Origin: Xylographa opegraphella
Lineage: Eukaryota
Length of the DNA stretch: 64,000 nt
Direction of reading: 5' to 3'
Assembly (NCBI GenBank): GCA_022813865.1
Contig: JALDZX010000012.1
Location: 372,001-436,000 of the forward strand
Each line of letters starts with the position of its first letter. Position 1 is the first letter of the stretch. A program made the position numbers and the translations under genes. The notes under the pieces are model-generated. The model searched no databases. It was not told the DNA's origin and saw only the letters and a list, made by a program, of their open reading frames with translations. Positions 12,879 through 24,570 of this stretch are shown piece by piece.

Positions 12879-14222
12879 ATGTCGACCTGGCATAATTTGA
12901 GCATCAATGTTAACCTATCCAACGACTTTGAAGATCAGTCCGACGCCCTTACATCAAGTAAGAGCTCAAGTTTCGCCTCCTCCGCTTCTTTTGCGTCTTC
13001 AAACACATCTCCGGCATCCTCACGAAGACCTTCAAGATGTTCGGAATCTTGGCTTCCACAATGTCACTCTGGGCCTTCTCCAATGGCAAGCACCGGTCCA
13101 GAGACACCGAATAGTACGACGTCCTTTACTGTGGCTACCTTTGCGAACGACGCGAATGCTCCCATGGTAGGTTCTGCAATGGAATGGACTCTCCATGATG
13201 GATCTCATTTGCCTCGGGGAGTAGATGACGATGCATGGTCGACCAAAGCCCAGTCAGACAGTGTTCAAAAGACTCAGTACATAGACTGGAACACAGTATA
13301 CTCTCCGATGGACCATACCGCCCTCGGTTCCGATGTATTTAGGCAATTTCCGCAATGGTCGGGACTACCAGATTTGCCCACGTTTCCTGATGAAAGCCAC
13401 TCCCTCACAGATCCTGACTACGATCCATTGAGAGGCACGATATCCCAGAATGACAGTTTTTGGACACAGAATATTCCGTATCAGCAGCCACTGACGATTG
13501 TACCGTCTCAAACACTTGTCCATCGACCAAAAACACCACTGCCCATACTCGCTGAAGCGTTTCAGACTCCTGTCAAAGTCGAACGGCATGAATGGCAAGG
13601 CCAGAATCACGATTTCTCGAGTCCTTTGCCAAGCCCAATCAAAACGGCCTCTGTCTCAGGTTCTCTTTCGCGTTCGTGTCCAGCATTGGCCACTGTTACG
13701 AAACGACGAGTGAAGTCGGGATCAAGGATCATCACGTATGATTTCATTAAGAACAAGTCGGGCAAGAAGTTCTACCAACGCCTCGGGGCAGCAGGTACCA
13801 ACGGTCAGCCAGGTGAAATTTTGCCCATCGACCAAATCGCAGAAGAAAAGCCCAAGAAAAATACCTGCGGATTCAGAGACAGCAATGGGCTCGTTTGTAC
13901 AAGAAGTTTCAAGAGAGGGGAACATCTCACTCGCCATCGGGAGATCCATAAACGTAAACCCCCAATGCCATGCCCAGTGTGCGTAACATGGGAAAAATTC
14001 ACACGGATATTGCCGACACGAATAGCGGCGGGTAGGGGTGACAATCTGGTAGCCCATATCCGAAACACACATATGAAACTATCGTCTTCGGGCAGGAACC
14101 CACGTGGTCGGGCGGACCCATTTACTGGGGAAAAAATTGAGATAACCAACGAGTGGCTCAAGTCGCATGGAATTGACATGGACCATCCTGGGAAGAAGCA
14201 GATAAAACCAGAGAGAAGATGA
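12879..14222 (+). CDS. C2H2 zinc-finger transcription factor, BrlA-like; 5'-UTR intron 12751-12827, TATA-like element ~12633
   Basis: Two C-terminal fingers, C..C..FKRGEHLTRHREIH and CPVC...RGDNLVAHIRNTH..SGRN, with a Ser/Pro-rich N-terminus. Confidence 0.8.
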   Translation: MSTWHNLSINVNLSNDFEDQSDALTSSKSSSFASSASFASSNTSPASSRRPSRCSESWLPQCHSGPSPMASTGPETPNSTTSFTVATFANDANAPMVGSAMEWTLHDGSHLPRGVDDDAWSTKAQSDSVQKTQYIDWNTVYSPMDHTALGSDVFRQFPQWSGLPDLPTFPDESHSLTDPDYDPLRGTISQNDSFWTQNIPYQQPLTIVPSQTLVHRPKTPLPILAEAFQTPVKVERHEWQGQNHDFSSPLPSPIKTASVSGSLSRSCPALATVTKRRVKSGSRIITYDFIKNKSGKKFYQRLGAAGTNGQPGEILPIDQIAEEKPKKNTCGFRDSNGLVCTRSFKRGEHLTRHREIHKRKPPMPCPVCVTWEKFTRILPTRIAAGRGDNLVAHIRNTHMKLSSSGRNPRGRADPFTGEKIEITNEWLKSHGIDMDHPGKKQIKPERR

Positions 14223-15125
14223 GAAACAGAGAACGCCTAAGTTGCTCTATGAAAGTGCGGAGGGAGGGAGGAAAAGTCATCCAACACGTCGTCCTTCGAA
14301 CTCATGAGAAAGTGTCTTCGAGACTTGACGAAAAAGCGATACCCACCATTGACTGTTTGCATGAATTAGATAATGACTACATTTTTCGGATGCTGCGATG
14401 ATAGAAACGACCATTAGACGATACGTTTGTGGAGGAGACTGGAATTCGGCTTGAGATGAGATGATTTTTGGGAAGCGATGCACTAGGATATCTGCTAACC
14501 TCGGAGTGGACTAGCGCGGGATCATGGCTGTAATTTTCGTGTGCGTACTTCTGCAACCTCGAATATAACTGCTACAATAGTAATTGAGTGACGTACGCCT
14601 GCTTACCTCATGAAAACTCATATCTGTATCTCTCTATGTACCTGGTTTCGTCTAGCCGATAGCAATTGAAGTCTGTATCGAAGTGCCTTCTATGGACATG
14701 CCCTAATGTTCCGAGCCTACTTGTCGTATTCTTGACCAGTCTACATGGCTACCTCAGACACTTGCGCCAGAATATCTATAGAAATAGTGGGCTCAGAATT
14801 GGTCCTTCTGTACTTGATGAATAGAGAATCGCTGAACGATAGCCTATTACATGTGATGCTCCTGACGGCATATTGTTGTGCGCTGGAGGCCTTCGATCTT
14901 TCATTAATCACCCATCACTACTACTACCACATACTACCTACCTACAAATGTTCTTCACGAAAAGTTCCCACACTTGAGGGCCTCCACCAGACCTCTAGCG
15001 AGAATGTTATTGCACTGTCCCGTGTTCATTCACATTAAATTACCCTGTCAGCTCTGCATAGGTATGGGGGACCTTGCCTTTTAGGTATATAATGTCGATA
15101 AGAACACTTTGCGTTCACCAATCCG

Positions 15126-15207
15126 GAGAGCTTAGCTCAACGGATTAAGCGTGGATGCTATAGAGCACCATGACACAAGGTCCCGGGTTCGAATCCCGGT
15201 GAGCGTG
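15126..15207 (+). pseudogene. tRNA-like element (pseudo-tRNA or tRNA-derived SINE head)
   Basis: A box TAGCTCAACGG (15133-15143) and a perfect T arm CCGGG-TTCGAAT-CCCGG (15183-15199). The acceptor stem does not pair and the anticodon arm is irregular. Confidence 0.6.
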
Positions 15208-15688
15208 ACTGAACCGTCGCGTTCTGTGGACTTTGTAGCAAAATCGTTCATAGTACAGTGATTTTCCTAAGATACCCTCGGGTATCTGAACTTTTTGCAT
15301 TTTTGGAGGTTGGTAGGTTGGGTGTGTGTTTGAGGTTTTGAATCGCGCAGACTGGCCGGGTGACATATTGAATTTGTTGTTTGGCTGTTTACTTGTTTAG
15401 TCGTATATATTTGCGATTGATCTCTCTAATGAAATTGGTCATGAGCACACTGAAGCGACAAGTAAGACAGTATACACTTCGAGACCTATTGTTCAATGAA
15501 AATGGTATTTTCTGTATCCGCGGCACTGATTTATGGATCAACGCTGAAAGACAATTGTACACATCGAAACCACAGGCAATGGAAACTGATGAGTCTGTAG
15601 ACAGCAAAGCCCCGGGACCCCCAAACTCCTCGTACTAGAATTTCACGACTTCCAGCCTCATTCATCACTCCATCCCGTGGATGAATGT

Positions 15689-16546
15689 CTAATAAACGAA
15701 GCTGTAGAGTTCGTCGTCAAAGTCTCGCTCCTCCAAGTCAAGCTCAGGTTCTGCGTCACGTTCCTCCAGGTCAAGCCCAGGCTCCGCATCACGTTCCTCC
15801 AAGTCGAGCTCAGGCTCTGCGTCACGTTCCTCAATCTCAAGCTCAGGTTCCGCATCACGTTCCCAGATCTCGTCATGATCCTTGGGCTCCGGCTCCGCAT
15901 CACGTGCCATGAGCTTGCTGTAGGCATCCAGTATAGCCCAGCGCTTCGTGGGTGCCGCTCCCGCAGCAGCGGGATCTGCAGCCGGTGCAGCAGCCGGGTC
16001 TGTAGCCGGTGCAGCAGCCGGGTCTGTAGCCGGTGCAGCAGCCGGATCAGCTGCTGGTGGAGTCAACGGTGGAGCTGCGGAAGTGCCTTGCATCCCTTGA
16101 CCTGCTCCATTCATGGCATGGTGGCCGGGTTTCCGGTGGTGTTTGTGAGGATGTTTCTTTCCGCCTCGGTGGGTACGGTGTGCTTCAGGCTCAGGATATG
16201 CCCAGCGCCTTCCGAGAGCTCCAGAGTCCGCAGAGGGATCAGAAGCGAACCCGCTCTGCATTCCTTGAGCCGCTCCGTTAGCCGCAGCTTGACCAGCGTG
16301 TTTGTGGTGGCCAAAATGTTTCTTTGCGGCATGATAGGCCTGCTTTGCATGGTTGAAGCCGAGTATCGGTTCAGGTTCGGGATAGGCCGAGCGTCTTACA
16401 GGGAATGATGCTCTTAGTCCATAATCATCCACAGCGGGATCTGCGTAGCGTCTAGCAATGCCGGCATAACCCCGATCGCTGTAACCGTATTGGGCGCTCG
16501 CTGTGGCAGCGATGAAAGCAAGAACGACTGCGTGGGAGAAATGCAT
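15689..16546 (-). CDS. Secreted repeat protein / Kex2-Ste13-processed multi-peptide precursor (285 aa)
   Basis: Signal peptide MHFSHAVVLAFIAATASA, RR/KR sites followed by X-A/X-P dipeptide runs, His/Lys-rich units, (A/T)DPAAAP repeats and ERDAEPELDLE repeats. Confidence 0.85.
   Translation of the reverse strand: MHFSHAVVLAFIAATASAQYGYSDRGYAGIARRYADPAVDDYGLRASFPVRRSAYPEPEPILGFNHAKQAYHAAKKHFGHHKHAGQAAANGAAQGMQSGFASDPSADSGALGRRWAYPEPEAHRTHRGGKKHPHKHHRKPGHHAMNGAGQGMQGTSAAPPLTPPAADPAAAPATDPAAAPATDPAAAPAADPAAAGAAPTKRWAILDAYSKLMARDAEPEPKDHDEIWERDAEPELEIEERDAEPELDLEERDAEPGLDLEERDAEPELDLEERDFDDELYSFVY
15722..15905 (-). repeat. 33-bp coding tandem repeat (ERDAEPELDLE, about 5 copies)
   Basis: Repeated gcgtcacgttcctccaagtcaagctcaggttc-like units. 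Confidence 0.9.
15963..16055 (-). repeat. 24-bp coding tandem repeat (A[T/A]DPAAAP, about 4 copies)
   Basis: gccggtgcagcagccgggtctgta repeated. Confidence 0.9.
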
Positions 16547-18885
16547 ATTGACTGATGGGTATACTGGGGACAAAAATAGATTAGAGGGATCCAAATGCAA
16601 TGATAAACGGGAATAACTGCCGGAGCTTTTCTCGAGTTTGGAGTATCTGGGATAGGAGTAGCTTGGGGATGATAACGATGATCAGAAGTGGAGAATGTCT
16701 CCATCGTTATATATCCAGAATTTATCATGCCTCGAAAGTCCGAGTGTTGGTTGTGCTTTGCGGTGTGTTCTTAGTTGGGCGCACACCAACTGGCCGATGA
16801 TTTCAAGTTTGGTTGCGTAATCAAGATCCAGCGCTGGTAGCGAAGAACCCAACCATCCGGGAAATTGAGGTACTGTACCGCACGTCTTGATCCCAGCGCA
16901 GTCAGCATCGTTATGCCGCATGACTGTTGGCATCGTTAAAAGTCGGCAATGTGTAAGGTGGCTGAGCAAGACGATATGTGGACGTTCTTGACCCATGTCT
17001 GCCGGGTAAGCGTTCCTACTGTTGGTCGGTTCCAAAAGCCAGGTCTGTTGGCACTGGAGAGGAAAGCCGGCCGACAGACCTGTACTGTGACGAAAGACTG
17101 TTTATTCGTGGTTGATCGACTGTGGCTGATGGGATTGCTTGTTGTGTGTCTAGATACCTACCGGTCCTTAGCCAAAGGAAGACGCCGCCTTCGGCTTCTT
17201 TGTCAGGAGGCCGGGCGCAAAACACACATAGATTGCAATACTCCGTACCAACTGTTGTGAAACCACAAGAGAGCTGCAGAAGTGATCCCGTAATGCTCAC
17301 TAGTTACCATGTATACTCAGTCTTTGTGGCTCTTCGGTTGTACTCGAACCTTGTACCAAGCTCATATGAGGATCGGCGTTGCATTGGTATCAGCCAACGT
17401 TCACGTGGCATGAGAACGGAGTAAGGTAAGTGTATTTCTCACGCCACGTCTTCGGACCACGTACGCAGGACACCGTTACAAAGACCGGCCGAGACTATGG
17501 CCGAGATACAAGACCTTCCCACGAAATTCCACGATTATCCAAGTAGAAGCAACAAATACTGTAGTAGAGTACCGTTGGTTCACTCACGTGCTGCTAGCAA
17601 CCTCCAAAGTTTCCGAGCCGCCGAATAAGGCAAGGTACCTTCGTCTAATAATGTGGCCTACTCCTCTTGGCGATACGCTATCCCGTCTTGGGCTCGTATC
17701 GACCGGGTCCAGAGCGTCTTGGCACCAAGCCAATATAAGGGAAGGTATACAGCCTCCATCACGCCCAATAACGACGGACTATCGCTCGAGATCGTGCATT
17801 AATCTGCTCTTCTTGAGACCAGCCACATTGTTTTGGCTTGAAAATCTCCTGCTTTGCGCTAAATTATGGACTGGGAGCTTTTTCTCAGCCTCATGCCCGC
17901 GGTTCTTCCATATATGTTTGGTAAAATAATCAATCCGCATTACTTCTAAGAAAGTTTTCCTTTCTCAGACCTAACTGATCAATGACATCTGTGCCAATCG
18001 ATACTATTGCCCAATCTTTCCCATTTCCCATAAAGGCCTTCGCTTTCGCCGCGGGCCCGGCCTGGATGATACATTTGCACCTCAATCATGGTAACGTCTT
18101 CAACCCCTGCGAATGGCGACAGCAGCGCAGCAATCCAGCTCTCTCGTTGTCACTCGTTACGTAGCGATACCTTTCCCGAAGACATTCTTGCAATGATTTA
18201 CGGCTTCATGGAGTCACCTCAGTCGACTCCTAACACCGTCCTATGTCAATTTGAGATGATCAGGGAAGAAAGTAGGATATTATTTCATCCTGATTTCTGC
18301 TATATTTGGTGCCCCTCTTCACAAAACAATCGGATGGGATCTTGTTTCAAGCAAGCGAACAGCTTCGATCTAAATATGAATCATATGCACCGTTTGGGCG
18401 AGCAAATACCAATCCACTGTATCTCGTGACCTTTTCGTATTTGATATTTCCACCTCCGTTCGATCCCTTCTGTGAAACGGTGCTGAATCGACCATGTGTT
18501 CCTCTGTCTCTCTATACTAAAAGTACTAGGCAATCCTCATTTCGAGCGCAGAGTCAGCTCTCATGACAGCCAAAGCACCATAAGTCCTGGACCCCACATG
18601 CTTGTTGGGTATGCCTGACGTTTCCTGTCTTGCTGTTTGTTATGCTAAGCCCAGGCAGACAATTGGAAGCCGTTTCTCTGCTGGGCAAAGCACGGGGACT
18701 CCAGTTTGTATGAGGCGTTACGTTGATATTTATTGATATACTGAACGATTTCCGTCTAGGTCAGTAGTCAGATGAGGTCTTGCTATTATAGCAGTATCAG
18801 AGTAGAACGAGGTAATCCAATACTTGGTACGCTACAACATTGTATGATGGTTTGCGCGCGGTTCTGACTGTGTTGGTTATTCAGA

Positions 18886-19891
18886 AATTTGGTACAATCT
18901 TAGAGAGAATCATACAGTGAATCCTCTTGACCTACACGTCAACATACGGGAGTCATTAGAGCGGGAGCACGAACCGGTTTATTTTGCCTACAACTTTAAG
19001 ACGGGCTATTCAACCTATCTTCTTTCAAAAGCTGATCCGCCCGACCTTAGTATCCTCAATCGGGAGAGCTTGCCCCGCTTACATCCTTTTACCGTGCATT
19101 TAGCACTTCTCTCTCATGAAATCACAGTCAGGATGCAGCCAATGGCGGGAACGCTGGACCGAATGCTCCGTATCGAGAAGCGTCTCCTCGAATTACCCCT
19201 GCCAGCAAATATCAGTGCAAGTGATCTCAAATCAGACTTGCGGACGCTTCACGGCATGGCTCGATTACTTGTCGTTTGCGGTCATCGGACTGGCCGCGAC
19301 TTATCAAACGTCGAAAGTCTCTTACGGGATCTAGGTCGCGTAGAAACACAGTTGGAGCTTCATTCAGAATATTTCCAGATCGACCAAAACCTCCAAGAAA
19401 GGGTCAAAGATGGACTGCTTTCAATTCGAGACTCATGCATCAATATTGATAGAAGACTAGAGAATAGAAGACGTCGAATTGAGAACATGATCGCCTTGGT
19501 AAGTTGATTATTGGCTACTCTGGAGGTGGACAAGTTCTAAATTGTCTAGCTTTACAATCTCATGCAGAACCAAGATAGCACTACCATGCGCCAGGACTCC
19601 GCCGCAATGAAGACTATTGCCACCCTTACCATGCTGTTCCTCCCAGCAACCTTCGTCTCTGGCTTATTCGGAACCAATTTTTTCGCGCTTTTCCAGGATC
19701 CTGTGAACGGGTCTACCTTCATCGTATCGGATAAGTGGTGGATTCTCATTATTTGCTCAATACCACTCACCTTGCTCGTTTTGTGTATTTGGCGATTCTT
19801 TCCATTCATCCGACAGAAATTGAAACTACGAAGATCAACGCCAGGATCTACTGACTATGAAAAAGGACAGGTCGATGGAGAATACTATTAG
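18886..19891 (+). CDS. Fungal CorA-like C-terminal-domain membrane protein (3' exons; 5' exons probably lie within 17980-18880 but are unresolved)
   Basis: Coiled region, then intron 19499-19549, then DSAAMKTIATLTMLFLPATFVSGLFGTNFF and a second TM helix (WWILIICSIPLTLLVL). Confidence 0.7.
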
Positions 19892-20195
19892 GCAGCACAT
19901 GATTGTGGTTTCACTCACGTGCAAGGAAATCGAGCCAGTCAAACATGAAGACCATTGCTCTCGCTCCCCTACTCCTTACGTCAGACGTTGTGTTACTCTT
20001 TATATATATCACGTGATAATGCGATGTGTCAGACACTGAAATTTGACGTATGATGTTACCGACGATGTATTGTTGACACAGTTAGCATTTCTTCTGACAT
20101 TTATCACGAACGTTTCTTTCCTTCAGTTTAGAAAGTCCCAACAAATCCACTTTAATCTTATCCATCAATCCACAAATTCAGTAACCATTTCAAAA

Positions 20196-20897
20196 ATGGC
20201 ATCACAAATTCTTCCACCAACGCTCACACGCTCCTCCTCTCAGGCAACCCTCAGCCTACAGCCTAATATACCTCAGACCCACCATGAAACAACAACCATC
20301 CACTCTCTACCCACCGAGCTACTCCTTCGCATCACCTCCTGGCTCACCTATCCCGACCTCGCCATCCTCCGGTTCACCCATCCATTCTTCTACCACTCTC
20401 TTCCCGCTACTGCCCCAACCGACGCCGAGCTCCAGGCCGCCGAACTTACCTCCCTCGCCATCAGGCTCGGCCTTCTCGGCTGTACAGGCTGCCTACGCAT
20501 GCTCCATGCGCGCAACTTTCGCAACTCACAACGCTCCCTTGCGCGCGGCTGTAGACCTCACGGCCGCCAATGTAATCAGTGCGAGTGTCAACGCCTGCAA
20601 CAATGGCGGCTGTGGCATACGACGCTACTACCGAAGGACTAGCCGCAAGAGGCGCGTCTCTTCGAGCATCAAGGGACACGACCCCAGGACCGGGAGAGAC
20701 GAAGCGCCAGGCGCGTCAGTTGCAAGCTCTGTTGGGCGCCGCTGGAGGAGAGCGACGCTTTAAAGCGCAAGCGGTGTGACTGTTGTGACGGCTGTACAAA
20801 CGTCGGGAGCGGGCTGACTGTTGCCGGGATGGAGGAGCCGATGAGTGTGGAGGAGTGGGGGAAACGGTGGGGAATGAACGTGAAGAAGAATGGGTAG
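20196..20897 (+). CDS. F-box protein with Cys-rich C-terminus, interrupted by an in-frame TAG at 20640-20642
   Basis: F-box IHSLPTELLLRITSWLTYPDLAILRFTHPFFY, then CTGC and CNQC. The frame stays open for 84 codons past the TAG and contains CKLC and CDCCDGC. Confidence 0.65.
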
Positions 20898-21315
20898 GTT
20901 GGTGGCGTTAGATGAGGTGATGCTTGTGAACAAGACAATGGGTAGCAGTTGGAAGACCAGGGCGTGTTGCTTGTGCTTCTTGGTATGAGGATTTCAGTTG
21001 AGGAGAGTGGATTGTTGAGATACTGGCTGCCGTTGTGAGTTGGGCTATTGGATGAGTGGTGGTTTTCTGCTGTTGGAGGAGCTGCAGAGCAGTGGACGGA
21101 GTGGGTTTGACTTTGGATAGGACATCTGTCATGTTTGAAGCGGGAGCACGCGTGCCTGTCATACCTAACTTTGTAGGGTAGCTGAGTTCCTATCATCAGG
21201 GTATCATATTTCGTTATCTTCTTGAATGTTTACTCTGTGTGATATAAAACCGCGCCCCCCTACTGTGCTGGGTCGAGACAATAATATTATGTGACACTTT
21301 CGCTATAAATTATGT

Positions 21316-22304
21316 CTATAATTTGTCAAGGTATAAACCTAGTAAGGAGATGTCTCCACTGTCATGGTTAAGATGATCCTCGTCTACGGAGTGCAAAGCC
21401 TTTTTGCTTCGCTCCTCCAATCCTTCAGCTTTCAGTCGTTCTCTTCTTACCTTACCATCTTCCCAGTGCCGCTCCCGCTTGTGTGCACTTTGCAGCAGCT
21501 GATTTCGGAACCGCTCGACTCTTTTCGAGTTTTCTAAGAACCGATCGTTGGCTATGTTGAGTAGTAGCTCTAGATAGCTTTCCTCCACCATACACTGGAC
21601 GTCATCTTCCCCATCGATATCTGAAGCATACCCTACTAGGGAGCTGAGACCGATTCCGGATGATCGGATTGCAACCATGGGAAATGCTTTTGGGTCGTCG
21701 AGATTCTTCAGACTTTGGACTCCACTTTCGCGAAAGCCTGCATTGATAGCTGCCGCGAGAACAGGCTGGGCATGATGCAAAGAAGCAGCCATGACATGAA
21801 GAATCTATCGGCTTCTCAGTCCAAGCGGGAACAGTATTATTGAGACTCGACAATCACCATAGGCTCGAACTGAAATTTTACGAATCTTGTTGTTTCCGGT
21901 TTCGAACTCATAGGTGGTCTCCCGTGCTTGGACATCCCGAGGATTTTCATGAAGGGACGAGTCTCTGAGGATGAAGAGTCCAGTTTATTGACCGGGTCAT
22001 GGGACACAAAGAGCCACCTGCCACCTTTTCCTTTCCCTCCTGGCACGGCGACTTGAATACTACTGTTTTGCTGACCATTGTAAGAGGATTCTGTCTTTGC
22101 ACCTTCCAAGAAGACACTTATACGACCGGCACAACTTGATGTGGTCACAAGACCATCGAGCTTGTTGATGTTACTTATTAGCTCTCGAATTCCTGTATCG
22201 ACAGAGCCTTTAGGTGACAGGTCCGAGTATTTGTCATCCGGGGTGGATAGATTCTCGAGAATATTGTTCTTCTTGATAGTAAAAGAAGATGGGATAGTAT
22301 CCAT
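21316..22304 (-). CDS. TYW3: tRNA wybutosine-synthesizing methyltransferase Tyw3 (intron ~21805-21858)
   Basis: DLSPKGSVD, VTTSSCAGRISVF, GGRWLFVSH, FEPMILHV, AGFRESG and MVAIRS. Confidence 0.9.
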
Positions 22305-22613
22305 ATCATACACAGAAATTCAATGTGGTAATGTCATGTAGACATCGTCATCATAGATAATAGAATGTAGTCTAAAGACTTCGCAAAATGGCTCCGAGCT
22401 TTTGTGGGTCGTGAGTATCAATTGAAATATTTGCTATTTTTACGCGCGAGAAACACTATATCGCGTCTGAAGCACTCTAGCCCGATACGGAATAGAACAA
22501 AGTGATGAACGCGTTGAGATCGACGGAAAAGGGACATCAAAAACGGCGATAACAATCGTGGATTGTCTATTTGAGCAGTCTCAGGTTCTTTTGGAAAATT
22601 GGTATCATCAGCA

Positions 22614-23935
22614 ATGGCACGTCCCAAATCGAAGCAACCAATCTTCACCTCAAACGGTGGTTCCGAAAAAGGAAGTGTACCATTAGCCACTGCAACACCC
22701 CCACGACAATCCAAAAGAGTAAAAACGTCCTTGAGCTCAACCTCTACGCCAAAGAAAAGCCCTTATTTCGAAGCAGAGTCGAGTTCATCCGAACCTAATT
22801 CTGAGATTGAGAACGAAGCATCAGGTTACGAGGATGAGGATGAGTCCGCCGTCAGTGCGGTGTCTTCACCACCAGAGTCAGAAGAGGAAATTGAGGAGGC
22901 CAACCAGACTTCGGAAGACGAGAAACCACGAAAGCGAAAGCGAGGTAGACCGTCTGCTGCAAGCGTTGCCACCGTCAAAGCGACTAAGGGGAAGGAGCTG
23001 TGGAGACCGGGAGTGAAAGTCGATCTGGCCCCAGGCGAACAGGTCTTTATCAAGCTTCCAAAAGCGCGTCAACCGGGAAAGACACCCTATGCGGATGACA
23101 CAATTCACCCAAATACTATGCTGTTTCTGGCAGATCTGAAGGAAAACAATGATCGAGAATGGCTCAAAGTCCATGACGCCGACTACAGACAGTCAAAGCT
23201 GGATTTTGATAGCTTTGTGGAGTGTTTGACCGAGAAGATTATTGAGAAGGACGAGACGATCCCAGAGCTGCCGCCGAAGGACTTGACCTTTCGTATCTAC
23301 CGTGACATTCGGTTCAGTCCAGATCCGACGCCTTACAAGCCGTACTTTTCTGCCGCCTGGTCCAGAACGGGTCGGAAGGGGCCGTATGCTCATTACTACG
23401 TTCAAATTCAGCCAGGAGGGAGCTTTGTTGGTGCTGGTATATGGCATCCGGAAGCCGAACCACTGCGTCTCCTCCGGAGAGCAGTCGATCGCAAGGCTCA
23501 TAAGCTAAAGACAGTCCTCATGGAACCCCGAATAAGGAAGGAATGTCTAGGAGGCGTGGGGAGCAATGAGAAGAAGGTCGTCAAAGCCTTTTGCGCCAGC
23601 AATGCTGAGAACTCTTTGAAAAACAAGCCTAAAGGTTATGAAGCCGATAATCCCAATATTGAGCTCCTACGTCTACGGAATTATACCATGGGTCGCAAGT
23701 TAAAGGATGATGAGGTAGTAGGTACCAAAGGCATTACTCGTATTGCTGAGATTGTCGGCATTATGTCACCATTTGTAAGGCCATCGCGGTCATAAGCTTC
23801 CGTTAATTTTGACTAACAACCTTCCAGGTTGCGTTTCTCAACAGTGTCGTGATGCCAGATGGAGAGCAAGATTCCAGTGACGAAGAGGAAGAGGAAGCCG
23901 AAGAAGAGGACGAAGCCGAGCAGTCGGGTGAATGA
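22614..23935 (+). CDS. DUF2461 (TIGR02453-like) protein with acidic N-terminus and AT-hook-like KRGRP; intron 23775-23827
   Basis: FLADLKENNDREWLK, FRIYRDIRFSPDPTPYKPYF and YYVQIQPGGSFVGAGIWHPE. Confidence 0.85.
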
Positions 23936-24570
23936 TTAAGAGAAATGCTTACATATAAATGACTTGAAGATGCCATGGTAGCATAGGGGTACCTCCTATC
24001 ACACTAATGATATCGGACGGTAGGGTTTACATTATGATCCGCCTAGATTTTTGTGGCAGTCATAATAATATTCAGAATTAGGATGACTATCCATCACTAC
24101 ATGAAATTATACTTACACGAAAAGTATGGTATGTACGGATACGGCATCTACGGCCATCGTCCAAGGTGCTCATGGAGGTGGACCTAGAATGATGTCAAGC
24201 CTTCTGCTCAGACAGATGACAGCTGTACGATTGAGCCAGCTGCGTAAAGTCATGTGGGCGGATTTCGCAGATGCGGGCGAGTATCGAGTTTTCGGTCACA
24301 TTGGATGTGATAAGCATATAATTCTTGGTTGCAATTACAGTTCTCCTGATATGTGACACTGCTGGAGCGTCATGATAAGTTCTGGTCGTAAAATCAATAT
24401 TTTAACCGAACCAAGACCCTTAGACTGGTGTTTCTGTAATGTAGTTAGCGGCTTCGGAAGACCTAAATCTCTGCCTCGACATTTTCTCGCTTAGTAGCGT
24501 TGTAAATATTCATCGCTGGCTATTCACGGTGATGTCCTGCTGCTCTAGATAAAGCCTAGCTTTTGTAATC

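Noticed and set aside
15722..16055. Repeats as a CRISPR array or a dikaritin RiPP cluster
   Set aside because: The DNA is eukaryotic, the repeats are coding and spacer-less, and no DUF3328 or other tailoring gene is adjacent.
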